In this document: piece after piece, positions 13,379 through 27,671 of the stretch
Layout: each line of letters starts with the position of its first letter
How positions within the stretch are numbered: the stretch's first letter is position 1
From: Haplodiscus bocki
Lineage: Eukaryota
Reading direction: 5' to 3'
Assembly: GCA_965655095.1 (NCBI GenBank)
Contig: OZ296655.1
Location: 89,838,001-89,902,000, forward strand
DNA: 64,000 bases
The notes under the pieces: model-generated
Told to the model about the DNA's origin: nothing
Database searches by the model: none
Seen by the model: only the letters and a program-made list of their open reading frames with translations
Position numbers and translations under genes: made by a program

Positions 13379-16300
13379 AATGCAGCGTGCTACTGCAGGT
13401 TTTCATGACTCAGTTTTAATCAATCTTTTTGTAAAAGTTGATGTAAAAGCAGTATTTGCAGTCATCCTAAACCGTCCACAGGCTTCATAATTAGTCCGCA
13501 TTGTAACATGTACCCACTTGTCGTTCAAGCACTTTCATAGCCGGGATATGTCGGAAATTTCACTACTAAACCATAGTTTCAATACACCGGCAATACCCTC
13601 CGAGAAACCATAAGGTAGAACCTACTCTCGGAAGAATACCCTATCCTAGGACGTTCCGGTTTCTACCTATCTTAATATTTTTCCAAAGTACACCTTAGTT
13701 TAACACATTGTCGACTTATACTCAATTGTTTTAGCTTGTGGATGTGTATCATATCTTAATTCGTTGCCGAAGTATATCCTACATTAAAATTTTTTCCAAG
13801 TTTATCCAATCTTAATACTTTGCCGAACTAAAGCCTATATTATCATTTTGCCGATTTACAGTCTATCCTGATACACTGGCGCCCTATCTTAAGACATTGC
13901 TGAAACATACCGTGCTGTAATACATCAACAAACCATCTTAACACATTGCCGAACTTTAGCCTTTCTCAATAACTTTGCCGAACTATAGCTAATTTTACTA
14001 CTCTGCCACCCTATCTTAAACCATTGCCGGATTATAACCTGTCCTGAAAACTAGCCGAAGAATTGCCTATCTAAATACAGTCCCCTCGAATTGCAATGCA
14101 TCATGCTGCCGGAATTTGTCATCACCCAAACTTTAAATCAATCTTTTTCCAAGGTTTGAAGTCAAATTATTATCTGCAGTCTTTCTAAACAATCCACAGG
14201 CCTTACAACTAGGCTGCATTGTAGATATTAGCCACTTGTTGTCCGAGCAGGTTGAGATTTGGAATCTTCTAGGAGCTAATATGTCTGAACCTTCGGTTCA
14301 AACTCCCGGTACTACCCTCTGACGAAAAATGTATTTTAACCTACCGCTCTGAAAGATATCCTATCTTGACACGTTCTGAAACTTTGCTATCATAATAAAT
14401 TTCCGAAATACACCTTATATTATTACATTGTCGCTCTGTACTCCATTTTAACACCTTGTTGACTGTACCGTATCTTGATACATTGCCGATGTAAACTTTA
14501 CATCAAAACTTTCCAGAAGTACACCGTATCCTAGTGCGTTGCCGAAATATAGTCTATCTTAAGACATTGCCAATCGATAGACTATCCTGATCCTTTGCCG
14601 CCCTATCTTAAGACCTTGCCGAACAACAGCGAATTGTAGTAACTTACCGGATGATCTTAACATTATGCCGACCGATAGCTCATCCAAAGACGTCGCCTGT
14701 CTATCGCCTGTCTTGATACACTGACGCACTTCCTTAAGACATTGCCGAAAAAAACGTATCGTAATACATTAACAAACTATCTTACAATATTGCCGATCTG
14801 TAGCCTATCGATACACTGCCACCCTGTTTCAGGACTTTGCAGGAAAATAGCCTTTTCTAAATAATTACCGAAGTTTAGCTTATTTCAATACATTCCTCTG
14901 TGATTTCGCGAAAAGAGTCTTCAGCCAATCAGAATCGAGCATTTCCCAACCCGAGGGCTATTGATTAAAATGGACGTATCTCCACTGCTTTAAGATTAAA
15001 TAGGCTTTTTATAGTTTATCTTAGCACGAAGCGATCTGGAAATCTTCGAAACTATTTCAAAGAACAGGCCTTAAAACCAATTGAATATTCAAAAGGGGTC
15101 AATCTGTCGAAGCTTTTGACGCTGCTGACAATTTTTACTGAAAATCCAAGACAGTGAAAGCAATAGACGCTGTGACTGACATCCCTTCAATTAGAAGTGA
15201 AGTTTTTACAGCCAAATTTTAACTAGTTTTTGATTTGACTTCAATGCAGCGTGCTACTGCAGGTTTTCATGACTCAGTTTTAATCAATCTTTTTGTAAAA
15301 GTTGATGTAAAAGCAGTATTTGCAGTCATCCTAAACCGTCCACAGGCTTCATAATTAGTCCGCATTGTAATATGTACCCACTTGTCGTCCAAGCACTTTC
15401 ATAGCCGGGATATGTTGGAAATTTCACTACTAAACCATAGTTTCAATACACCGGCAATACCCTCCGAGAAACCATAAGGTAGAACCTACTCTCGGAAGAA
15501 TACCCTATCCTAGGACGTTCCGGTTTCTACCTATCTTAATATTTTTCCAAAGTACACCTTAGTTTAACACATTGTCGACTTATACTCAATTGTTTTAGCT
15601 TGTGGATGTGTATCATATCTTAATTCGTTGCCGAAGTATATCCTACATTAAAATTTTTTCCAAGTTTATCCAATCTTAATACTTTGCCGAACTAAAGCCT
15701 ATATTATCATTTTGCCGATTTACAGTCTATCCTGATACACTGGCGCCCTATCTTAAGACATTGCTGAAACAAACCGTGCTGTAATACATCAACAAACCAT
15801 CTTAACACATTGCCGAACTTTAGCCTTTCTCAATAACTTTGCCGAACTATAGCTAATTTTACTACTCTGCCACCCTATCTTAAACCATTGCCGGATTATA
15901 ACCTGTCCTGAAAACTAGCCGAAGAATTGCCTATCTAAATACAGTCCCCTCACATTGCAATGCATCATGCTGCCGGAATTGTTCATCACCCAAACTTTAA
16001 ATCAATCTTTTTCCAAGGTTTGAAGTCAAATTATTATCTGCAGTCTTTCTAAACAATCCACGGGCCTTACAACTAGGCTGCATTGTAGATATTAGCCACT
16101 TGTTGTCCGAGCAGGTCGCAATCCGCGATTTGTTGGGATTTATTCTGTCTAAACCTTCACTTCAAACTCACGGGACTACCGTCCGACAAAGAAAGTAAAA
16201 TAACCTACCGCTCTGAAAAGTATCATATCTTAACACGTTCTGCAACTCTATTTTATTACTACATTTTAGAATACTTTTAAGATAATACGTTATCTCATTA

Positions 16301-19300
16301 CATTGTCGCTCTCTACCCCATCTTTACACCTTGTTGACGTGTACCCTATTTTGATAGGTTGCCGATGTATACTCTACATCAAAACTTTCTCGAAGTATAT
16401 CGTATCCTAATGCGTTGCCAAAATATAGCCTATCTTAAGACATTGCCCCACGATAGCCTATCTTGATTCACTGCCGTCCAATCATTAGACAATGCCGAAC
16501 AGCAGCGTATGGTAGTACCTTTTCGAACGATCTTAGCATTTTGCCGATTTATAGCCCATCTAAACACATTGCCTGTCTACGGCCTGTCTTAATACACTAC
16601 CCCACTTCCTCAAGACACTTCCCAGTCATATTGTATTGTAATACATTACCAAAGTATGTTACACCATTGCCGATAAAAAGCCTATCTCGATACACTGCCA
16701 CCCTAACTTAGGACCTTGCCGGATTATAGCCCTTCTTCAAAGATCACCGAAGTTTAGCTTATCTTAATACATTCCCTTGCAACTTAGCGAAAATTACGGT
16801 CAGGTAATCCGAATCGAGCATTACGTAACTCCAGGGCTATTGATCTAAATGGACGTATCTCCACTGCTTTAAGATTAAATGGGCTTTGTTTAGTTTATCT
16901 TAGCACGAAGCGATCTGGAAAACTTCGAAACTATTTCAAAAAACAGGCCTTCAAACCAATTGAACACTCAAAAGAGGTCAATCAGTCGAAGCTTTTGACG
17001 CTGCTGACAATTTTTACTGAAAATCCAAGACAGTGAAAGCAATAAACGCTGTGACTGATATCCCTTCAATTCTAAGTGAAGTTTTTACAGCCAAATTTTA
17101 ACTAGTTTTTGATTTGACTTCAATGAAGAATGCACTTTTTCATCACCCAAAGTTTCAATCAATATTTTGCAAATGATGAAGTCAAAACAGTATCTGCAGT
17201 CATCCTAAGCCATCCACAGCCGTCACAAAGAAGCCGCATTGTAATAGTTCCCCACTTGCCGTCCGAGCACGTTGAAATCCGGGATGTGTCGGGATTTTTT
17301 GAGACCAAACCTTAGATTCAAAATCCCGGGACTACCCTCAAACAAACAATGTAATGTAACCTACCGCTCCGAAGTTAATCCTATCCTATGACATTCGGGA
17401 ACTATAGCTATCCTATAACTTTTCCGAAGTACACTTGATCCTGAAACATTGTCAATGTGTCAACGTCCTAATACTTTCTCAACGTGTACCGTATCTTAAT
17501 GTTTTGTCCACGCTTTCACTATTTTATCATACTGTCGAATTTTACCCTACAATAAAACTCTTCCGAAGTATACCCGACTATAACACAATGCCGAATTACG
17601 GCCAATCTTAACACATTGCCGATCAAAAGCCTATCTTGATACAAGGCCGGCCTATCTTAAGACATTGCCGAACTATAGCGTATAGTAAAACATTACCAAG
17701 ATTTCATCACATTGTCGAACTCTTGCATATCTTAATGAATTTCATTCGGATTTCAATGCATAATGCTACAAAAATTTGTCATCACCCAAACTTCAAATCA
17801 ACCTTCATGCAAAGCGGTGAGTCGAAACAGTTTCTGCAGTCATCGTAAACAGTGCGGAGGCGTCATAAGCAGTCTGAATATCTATTTCCACTCTTTTGCC
17901 ACCGAAGCAGTTCCAAATCCGGAAACCGTCGGAGTTCTATTACTTAACCTCAGTTTCATAATCCCGGGATTACCCTCCGAGAAAAAAGTAAAAAAACGTA
18001 ACGCTCTGGATTACTTCCTCTCCTAACACGATCTCGAACCACGCCTATCTTAGTACAATTCCGAACTACAATTTACCTTAGTACATTGTCGACATATACT
18101 CCATCTTATAACTTGGTCAAAATGTACCCTATCCTAATCCGTTGCCGATATATAGTCTATCTCAACACCTTGCCGATCTATAGCCCATCTTGTCACACCG
18201 CTGCCCTATCCTGAGACGTTGCCGAACTAAAGCGTATCGTGAAATTTTGTGAACTGCCTTAACGAATTGCTGAACCATAGCCTATCGTAATAGATTGCCC
18301 AGCCAAATCTAGCGGTAATGCACTGCCACAGTATGCTAATACATTGTCAGATTACAACCTTTTCTATAAAATTGCCTAAGTATAGCCTATATCATTGCAT
18401 TCTTCTCTCGTACTTCGTAGAAAATTATACTCAGCCAATCAAAATTGAGCATTTTTCATCCCACGCGATCTCGACTAAAATGGAGGTCCCTCCTTGGATC
18501 TCAGGTCAAACTGGTTTTTTTAGTTTATCTTATTACATATGGATCTTCAACACATAGAAAGCATTACAAAGAACTGAAGCTTTGATAGAAAAAAAATCAG
18601 AAGAAGTCCAGCAGACGAAGTCTTTATCGATGCTGAGAATTGTTGCTTATATGCAACGCATTGAATGCAATGAGCTTTCGGGATGTTATCCCGTCATTTC
18701 CATTTGCATTGTACAAAGCAGTTCTTCCTACTATTTTCGACTTCAATGCAACATGCTTCTGAAATTTGCCATCAACCCAAGTTCAAATCATTCTTCATGC
18801 AAAGCGATGAGTCGAAACAGTATCTGCACTCATCCAAAACTATCCAGAGGCGTCATATTTAGTCCGCGTCGTACTAGTTACTCACCATCCGTCCGAGCAG
18901 GTTCAATTCGAGGATGTGTTAGGATTTTTCAACAATAAACTTTAGGTTCACAATCTCGGGACTACCGTCCGAGAAACCATGTGATTTGACATGCCGCTCA
19001 GAAGTATACCCTACGCTAAGACGCTCAGGAACTGAAGCTTTCCTAAAACAATTCCGAAGTACAGAGTATCTCAAAACATTTTGAACGTGTACCCTATGGT
19101 AATGTTTTGTCAATGCGTACCCTATCTTAATGCTTTGTCGACGCCTTTGCTATCTTAATATACTGCCGAAGTATATCCTACATTGAAACTTTTCCGAAGT
19201 ATATCCAAACTTACTACGTTGCCGATATATAGCCAATCTTGATAAATTTAGAGTATCCTGATTCACTGCTGCTCTATCTTAATACAATGCTGAACAACAG

Positions 19301-22300
19301 CCTATGGTAGTACGTTACCGAACAATTTTAACACTCTGCCCAACTATAGCCCATCTAAACTGATCGCCTGTCCATAGCCTGTCTTGATATACTACCGTTT
19401 TTCCTTCAGACATTGCCGAACAAAACAGTAGCGTAATACTTTACCAAACTATCTTACAACATTGCTGGTCTGTAGCCTATCCTGATACACTGCCGCCCGG
19501 CTTTAAGACTTAGCAAAGATTTAGCCTTTCTTAAAAAATTACCGAAGTTTAGCTTATCTCAATACATTCCCCTGTGATTTCGCGAAAAGTGTCCTCAGCC
19601 AATCAGAATCGAGCATTACGTAACTCGAGAGATCTCGATTGAAATAGAGGTCGCTCTACTGACTTAGATCAAATTCGCTTTGCATAGTTTATCTCAGCAC
19701 ACAGCGATATGGATAACTTAGGTAATAAAACAAAAAACAGGCCTTAAATCAGAATAAAATTTCAGAAGGGGTCAATCAGGCGAAGCCTTTGACCCTGCCG
19801 ACAATTTTTCCTGAAAACCTAAGACACTGAAAGCAATAAACGTTGAGATTGACATGCCTTCAATTCTGATTGAAGTCTTTAGAGCTCAGTTTCCACTTCT
19901 TTTTGATTTGACTTCAATGCAGCATGCTACTGCATTTTGTCATCACCCAAACTCTTAATCAATCTTTTGGCAAAAGCTGAAGTCAAAACAGTATCTACAG
20001 TCATATTAAACTATCCATAAGCGTTATCAATACTCCGCACTGTAGTGTTTATCCACTTCCTGTCCAAGTTGGTTGAAATCCGGGATGTGCTAAGATTTTT
20101 CATCACTAAACCCTTAGCTTCGTAATGCCGGGTTTACCGTCCGAGAAACCATGTAATCTGACCTACCGCTCAGAAGTATATCCTATGCTAAGACGTTGTG
20201 GAAATAAACGATCCTAAAACGATTTCGAAGTACAGGTTATCTCAAAACATTGTAAACCTGTACCCTGTCGTAATGCTTTGTCGACGCGTACCCTATCTTA
20301 ATGCTTTGTCGACGCCTTTGCTATCTTAATATACTGCCGAAGTATATCCTACATTGAAACTTTTCCGAAGTATATCCAAACTTACTACGTTGCCGATATA
20401 TAGCCAATCTTGATAAATTTAGAGTATCCTGATTCACTGCTGCTCTATCTTAATACAATGCTGAACAACAGCCTATCGTAGTACGTTACCGAACAATTTT
20501 AACACTCTGCCGAATTACAGCTCATCTAAGCGGATCGCCTGTCCATAGCCTGTCTTGATATACTACCGTTCTTCCTTCAGACATTCGTAATACTACCTTA
20601 GGAGTTTGGGGAACTATAGCCCATTCTGATGCACCGCCGCCCTCTTTGAAGACCTTGCCGAACTTTGGGGTATCGTAAAACCTTACCGAACTGTCTTAAC
20701 ACATTGCCGAACTTTAGCCTATCTTGTTTGATTGCCGAATTGAAGCTAATCTTAATACACAGCCACTCTTTCTTGATACATTGTCGGAAAAAAAGTATCT
20801 TCTAAAACTACCGAAGTATAGCCTGTCCTATTACATTCACCTCGAAGTTCACGAAAGTTGTCTTTAGCCAATCAGAATCGAGCATTACATAACCCGAGGG
20901 CTCTCGACTAAAATGGAAGTCCCTTCACGGCTCTCAGATCAAAGCGGCTTTCTATTGCTCTTCTTATTACTTGGGGATCTTGAAAACATTGAAAACAATA
21001 CAAAAAACTTAGGCATTAACAAAGAAAAAACCAAACAGTCGCAGTATTTGACGCTGAAGTTAATCGTTGCCTACATGATTAAACAATGAGAGCAATGAAC
21101 TTTCAACAGGTTGTCCCTTTAATTCCAATTGAAGTCTTCAAAAACTGAATTTTACTAGGTCTTGATTTGTTTTCATTGCAACTTGCTACTGAATTTTTTA
21201 TTCTTTTAAACATTAAATCAATCTTTTGACAAAATATTAAGTCAAAACCTTGTCTGCAGTCATCCTAAACTATCTAGAGGCGTCATAATTAGTCAACATT
21301 GTTCTTCTTACGCACGTGTTGTCCTTGCAGTTTTAAATCCGGGGATATGTCGGATTTTTCACATTCTAAATTTAGTTTAAGGGTCCCGGGACTACCCTCC
21401 AAAAATCCATTAAACCTAACGCACCGCTTCGAATTTTATCTTATCTGAACACCTTCTGGAACTATAACTACCCTAAAATGTATCCAAAGTAAATGCTATT
21501 ATATTACATTATCAACGTTTACCCTAGCTTAATGCTTTTTCGACGTGTACCCCTAGTCAATACGTTGCAAAACTATACACCAATTGAAAACATATCCGAA
21601 GTAATTTATCTTTTATTACGTTCCAAAAAATAGCCTCTCTTCCGCATTATTGATCTATAGCATCTTTCGACATACTGTTCCCTATCTTGAGGCACTGCCG
21701 AACTATGGCGTATCCTTTTACATTACGAAACTAGTTTACCACATTGCCGATATTTAGCTTTTCTTGATTCAATGCCGCTCTGTTTTAGGACATTACCAAA
21801 TTATAGCGCAATGTAATACAAAATCAACCTACCTTAAAACATTGAAAAACGGTAGCCTATCTTAGAAAACTGCCGAGCTGAAGTTAATCTTAAAGAACTT
21901 CCACCCTGTTTTTACACAATCTCGGAAGAAAAACTTTCTAAGTATAGCCTCTTTTATTACAATCCCGTCGGATTTCGCATAATTGTTTTCAGCCAATCAC
22001 ATTCGATCATTACGTAACGTGAGAATTCTCGACTGAAATAGAGATCTTTTCACGGCTCTCACATCAAATTGGATCGATGTAGCATTTTTTAAAACATGGG
22101 AATCTTCAAAGCTTAAAAATGAATACAAACAAAATAGGCCTTGAAACAAAGAAAGTAAACAGAAGAGGTCAACCAGTTGAACTCTTTTACTCTTCGGATA
22201 CTCGTTGCTTACACAATAAAACAATGAAAGCAATAAACTTTCAATATGTTATCCCTTCAATTCCAATTGAAAACTTCAAAAACTAAATTCTACTAGGTCT

Positions 22301-25300
22301 TGATTCACATTAATTGCAACTTGCTACTGAATTTTTTCATCAATCAAACATTAAATCAATCTTATGACAAAATATCAAGTCAAAGCAGTGTGTGCATTCA
22401 TCCTAAACTATCCTGAGGCGTCATAATTAGTCCACATCGTTTTTGTTACGCACATGTTGTCCTTGAAGTTTCAAATCCGGGGATATGTCGGATTTTTCAT
22501 TTTTAAACCTTAGTTTAGGAGTCCCAGGACTACCCTCCGACAAACCATTAAGCTTAAAGTACCGCTTCGAAGTATATCTTATCTGAACACGTTCTGGAAC
22601 TAAAACTAACCTAAAATATATCCAACGGAAACGTTCTTTTATTACATCATCAACGTGTACCCTAGCTTAATGCTTTTTGGACGTGTACCCTTACTCAATA
22701 CGTTGCAGAACTATGACACATTTGAAAACTTTTCCGATGTTTTTCCTTTTTTACTACGTTCCGAAATACAGCCTATCTTCCACCTAGTTGATCTTTAGCA
22801 TCTTTCGATATACTGCTGCCTATCTTGAGGCATTGCCGAACTATAGCGTATACTTTTACATTACGAAACTATTTTACCACAATGCCGATTTTAGCCTCTC
22901 TTGATACAATGCCACTCTTTTTTAGGACATTACCAAAAAATAGCGTATTGTTATACAAAATCAACCTACCTCAAAACATTGACAAACGGTAGCCTATCTT
23001 ATAAGACTGCCGAGCTGAAACTAATCTTAAAGAACTTCCACACTGTCTTTACACTATCTCGGAAGAAAAACCTTCCCTAGTATAGCCTCTCTTATTAAAA
23101 TCCCGTCGGATTTCGCATAAGTGTTTTCAACCATTCAGAATCCATCATTACGTAACGCGAGGATTCTCGACTAAAATAAAGATCTTGTCGCGGCTCTCAC
23201 ATCAAACCGGTTTCATGTAGCTAATATTAAAACATGGGAATCTTCAAGACTTAGAAATCAATACAAACAAATTAGGCCCTAATTAAGAGAAGATAATCAG
23301 AAGAAGTCAACTAACGAAGTCTTTGACGCTGCAGATAAATGTTGCTTACATGCTGCAACAAAGAAAGTAATGAACTTTCGGAAGAATAACCCTTCAATTC
23401 CTAGTGAAATCTTCAAAGACTAAATTTTACTAGGTCTTGATTTACCTTCTTTGCAACTTGCTACTGAAATTTTTCATCATTTAAATATTAAATCAATCTT
23501 TTGGCAAAGTATCAAGTCAAAACAGTGTCTGCCGTCACCCTAAAATATCCAAAGGCGTCATAAATAGTCCACATCGTTCATCTTACGAACCTGTTGTCCT
23601 TTCATATTCAAATCCAAGATATGCCGGTTTTTTCGTTTTTAACGTTAGTTTAAGAGTCCCGGGACTACCCTCCGACAAACCGTTAAACCTAACGTACCGC
23701 GTGGAAGTATATCTTATCTGAATACGTTCTGGAACTATATCTACTCTAAAATATATCCAAAGTAACCCTTATTTTATTACATTATCAACTTGTACTCTAG
23801 CTTAATGCTTTTTGGACGTTTACCCTTACTCAATACGTTGCACAACTATACCCCATTTGAAAACTTTTCCGAATTATTTTTTTTCTTACGTTCCGAAATA
23901 TAGCCTATCTTCCTCCTTGTTGATCTATAGCATCTTTCGACATACTGTTCCCTATCTTGAGGCACTGCCGAACTATGGCGTATCCTTTTACATTACGAAA
24001 CTATTTTACGAAGTTGCCGACATTTAGCTTCTCTTGATTCAATGCCGCTCTGTTTTAGGACATTACCAGTTTATAGCGCAATGTAATACAAATTCAGCCT
24101 ACCTTAAAACATTGACAAACTATAGCCTATCTCAATAGATTGGCGAACTGGAGCTAATCTTAAAAACTGCCACCCTGTCTCTACACAGTCTCGGAAGATA
24201 AACCTTTCCATGTATAGCCTGTCTTTTTGCAATCCGTCGGTTTTCGCATAAGTGTTTTGAGCCATTCAGAATCGATCATTACGTAAGAATTTTCGACTGA
24301 AATAGAGATCTTTTCGCGGCTCTCACATCAAACCGCTTTCAAGTAGCATTTTTTAAAACATGGGAATCTTCAAAACCTAAAAATGAATACAAACAAAATA
24401 GGCCTTGAAACAGAGAAAAAAAACAGATGAGGTCAACCAGTTGAACTCTTTTACTCTTCAGATACTCGTTGCTTACAATATAAAACAATGAAAGCAATAA
24501 ACTTTCACAATGATATCCCTTCAATTCCAACTGGAAACTTCAAAGACAAAATTTTACTAGGTCTTGATTTACCTTCAATGCAACTTGGTGCTGAAATTTT
24601 CCATCAGTTAAACATTAAATCAATCTTTTGACAAAATATCTAGTCAAAACAGTGTCTGCAGTCATCCTAAACTATCGTGAGGCGTTTTAATTAGTCCACA
24701 TCGTTCAATTTACGCACATGTTGTCCTTGCAGTTTCAACTCCGGGGATATGCCGGATTTTTCGTTTTTAGCTTTAGTTTAAGAGTCCCGGGACTACCCTC
24801 CGACAAACCGTTAAACCTAACGTACCGCTTCGAAGTATATCTTATATGAATACGTTCTGGAACTATATCTACTCTAAAATATATCCAAAGTAAACCTTAT
24901 TTTATTACATTATCAACTTGTACTCTAGCTTAATGCTTTTTGGACGTTTACCCTTACTCAATACGTTGCACAACTATACCCTATTTGAAAACTTTTCCGA
25001 AATATTTTCTTTATTACGTTCCGAAATATAGCCTATCTTCCTCATTGTTGATCTATAGCATCTTTCGACATACTGTTCCCTATCTTGAGGCACTGCCGAA
25101 CTATGGCGTATCCTTTTACATTACGAAACTATTTTACGAAGTTGCCGACATTTAGCTTCTCTTGATTCAATGCCGCTCTGTTTTAGGACATTACCAATTT
25201 ATAGCGCAATGTAATACAAAATCAACCTACCTTAAAACATTGACAAACTATAGCCTATCTCAATAGATTGGCGAACTGGAGCTAATCTTAAAAACTGCCA

Positions 25301-27671
25301 CCCTGTCTCTACACAGTCTCGGAAGATAAACCTTTCCATGTATAGCCTGTCTTTTTGCAATCCGTCGGTTTTCGCATAAGTGTTTTGAGCCATTCAGAAT
25401 CGATCATTACGTAAGAATTTTCGACTGAAATAGAGATCTTTTCGCGGCTCTCACATCAAACCGCTTTCAAGTAGCATTTTTTAAAACATGGGAATCTTCA
25501 AAACCTAAAAATGAATACAAACAAAATAGGCCTTGAAACAGAGAAAAAAAACAGATGAGGTCAACCAGTTGAACTCTTTTACTCTTCAGATACTCGTTGC
25601 TTACAATATAAAACAATGAAAGCAATAAACTTTCACAATGATATCCCTCAAATTCCAACTGGAAACTTCAAAGGCTAAATTTTACTAGGTCTTGATTTAC
25701 CTTCAATGCAACTTGGTGCTGAAATTTTTCATCATTTAAACATTAAATCAATCTTTTGACAAAATATCTAGTCAAAACAGTGTCTGCAGTCATCCTAAAC
25801 TATCGTGAGGCGTTTTAATTAGTCCACATCGTTCAATTTACGCACATGTTTTCCTTGCAGTTTCAACTCCGGGGATATGCCGGATTTTTCGTTTTTAACT
25901 TTAGTTTAAGAGTCCCGGGACTACCCTCCGACAAACCGTTAAACCTAACGTACCGCTTCGAAGTATATCTTATCTGAATACGTTCTGGAACTATATCTAC
26001 TCTAAAATATATCCAAAGTAAACCTTATTTTATTACATTATCAACGTGTACCCTAGCTTAATGTTTTTTGGACGTGTACCCTTACTCAATACGTTGCAGA
26101 ACTATAACTCATTTGAGAATTTTTCCAAAGTATTTCCTGTTTTATTACGTTCCGAAGTTTAGCCTATCTTCCACAAAGTTGATGTTTAGCATCTTTCGAT
26201 TTACTGTTGCCTATCTTGAGACATTGCCTAACTATAGCGTATCCTTCTACAATACGAAACTATTTTACCACAATGCCGATTTTAGCCTCTCTTGATACAA
26301 TGCCACTCTTTTTTAGGCTATTACCAAAAAATAGCGTATTGTTATACAAAATCAACCTACCTCGAAACATTGACAAACGGTAGCCTATCTTATAAGACTG
26401 CCGAGCTGAAGCTAATCTTAAAGAACTTCCACCCTGTCTTTACACAATCTCGGAAGAAAAAATTTCCCTAGTATAGCCTGACTTATTACAATCCCGTCGG
26501 ATATCGCATAAGTGTTTTCAGCCATTCAGAATCCATCATTAGGTAACGCGAGAATTCTCGACTAAAATAGAGATCTTGTCGCGGCTCTCACGTCAAATCG
26601 GATTCATGTAGCTATTTTAAAAACATGGGAATCTTCAAGACATAAAAAACAATACCAAAAAATTAGGCCCTATTACGGAGAAGCTAATCAGAAGAAGTTA
26701 ACTAGCGAAGTCTTTGACGCTGCAGATAATTGTTGCTTACAAGCTGCAACAGTGAAAGTAATGAGCTTTCGGAAGAATAACCCTTCAATTCCTATTGAAA
26801 TCTTCTTAGACTAAAGTTCACTAGGTTTTGATTTACCTTCATTGCAACTTGCTACAGAAATTGTTCATCAATTAAACATTAAATCAAGCTTTATGGCAAA
26901 GTATCAAGTCAAAACAGTGTCTGCAGTCACCCTAAACTATCCAGAGGCGTCATAAATAGTCCACATTGTTCATCCTACGAACTTGTTGTCCTTGCAGTTT
27001 CAACTCCGGGGATATGCCGGCTTTTTCGTTTTTAACTTTAGTTTAAGAGTCCCGGGACTACCCTCCGACAAACCATTAAACCTAACATACCGCTTCGAAT
27101 TATATTTCATCTTAACACGTTCTGGAACTATAACTACCCTAAAATTATACAAAGTAAACGATATTTTCTTACATTATCAACGTGTACTCTAGCTTAATGC
27201 TTTTTGGACGTGTACCCTTACTCAATACGTTGCAGAACTATAACTCATTTGAGAATTTGTGCGAAGTAATTCCTGTTTTAATACGTTCCGAAATTTAGCC
27301 TATCTTCCATAATGTTGATCTTTAGCATCTTTCGATTTACTCTTTCCTATTTTGAGACATTGCCGAACTATAGCGTATCCTTTTACAATACGAAACATTT
27401 TACCATAATGCCGATTTTAGCCTCTCTTGATACAATGCCACTCTTTTTTAGGACCCTACCGAAAAATAGCGTAATTTTATACAAAATCAACCTATCTCAA
27501 AACATTGACAAACGGTAGCCTATCTTAAAAGACTGGCGAGCTGAAGCTAATCTTAAAGACCTTCCACCCTGTCTTTACACAATCTCGGAAGAAAAATTTC
27601 CCTAGTATAGCCTGTCTTATTACAATCCCGTCGGATTTCGCATAAGTGTTTCCAGCCATTCAGAATCAGTC

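Larger units (their letters stand above)
12381..16116 (+). repeat. Near-perfect tandem duplication of a 1864 bp long+short dimer
   Basis: GAGCAGGT lies at 12381, 14245 and 16109. AGCCAATCAG is at 13059/14923 and the anchors at 13443/15307 and 14161/16025, all at offset 1864 with only scattered substitutions. Confidence 0.95.
5734..21240 (+). repeat. Layer 2: divergent mixed long (about 990-1260 bp) and short (about 400-720 bp) monomers
   Basis: Anchors at about 5734, 6798, 7851, 9009, 10442, 11702, 12297, 13443, 14161, 15307, 16025, 17181, 17821, 18811 and 19982. Long and short monomers alternate strictly from 10442 to 18811 (1260, 595, 1146, 718, 1146, 718, 1156, 640, 990). Confidence 0.88.

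Noticed and set aside
18582-18938. Longest ORF (118 aa)
   Set aside because: It spans module B and the core of one divergent monomer. The frame is not kept in paralogous monomers and I recognise no protein motif.
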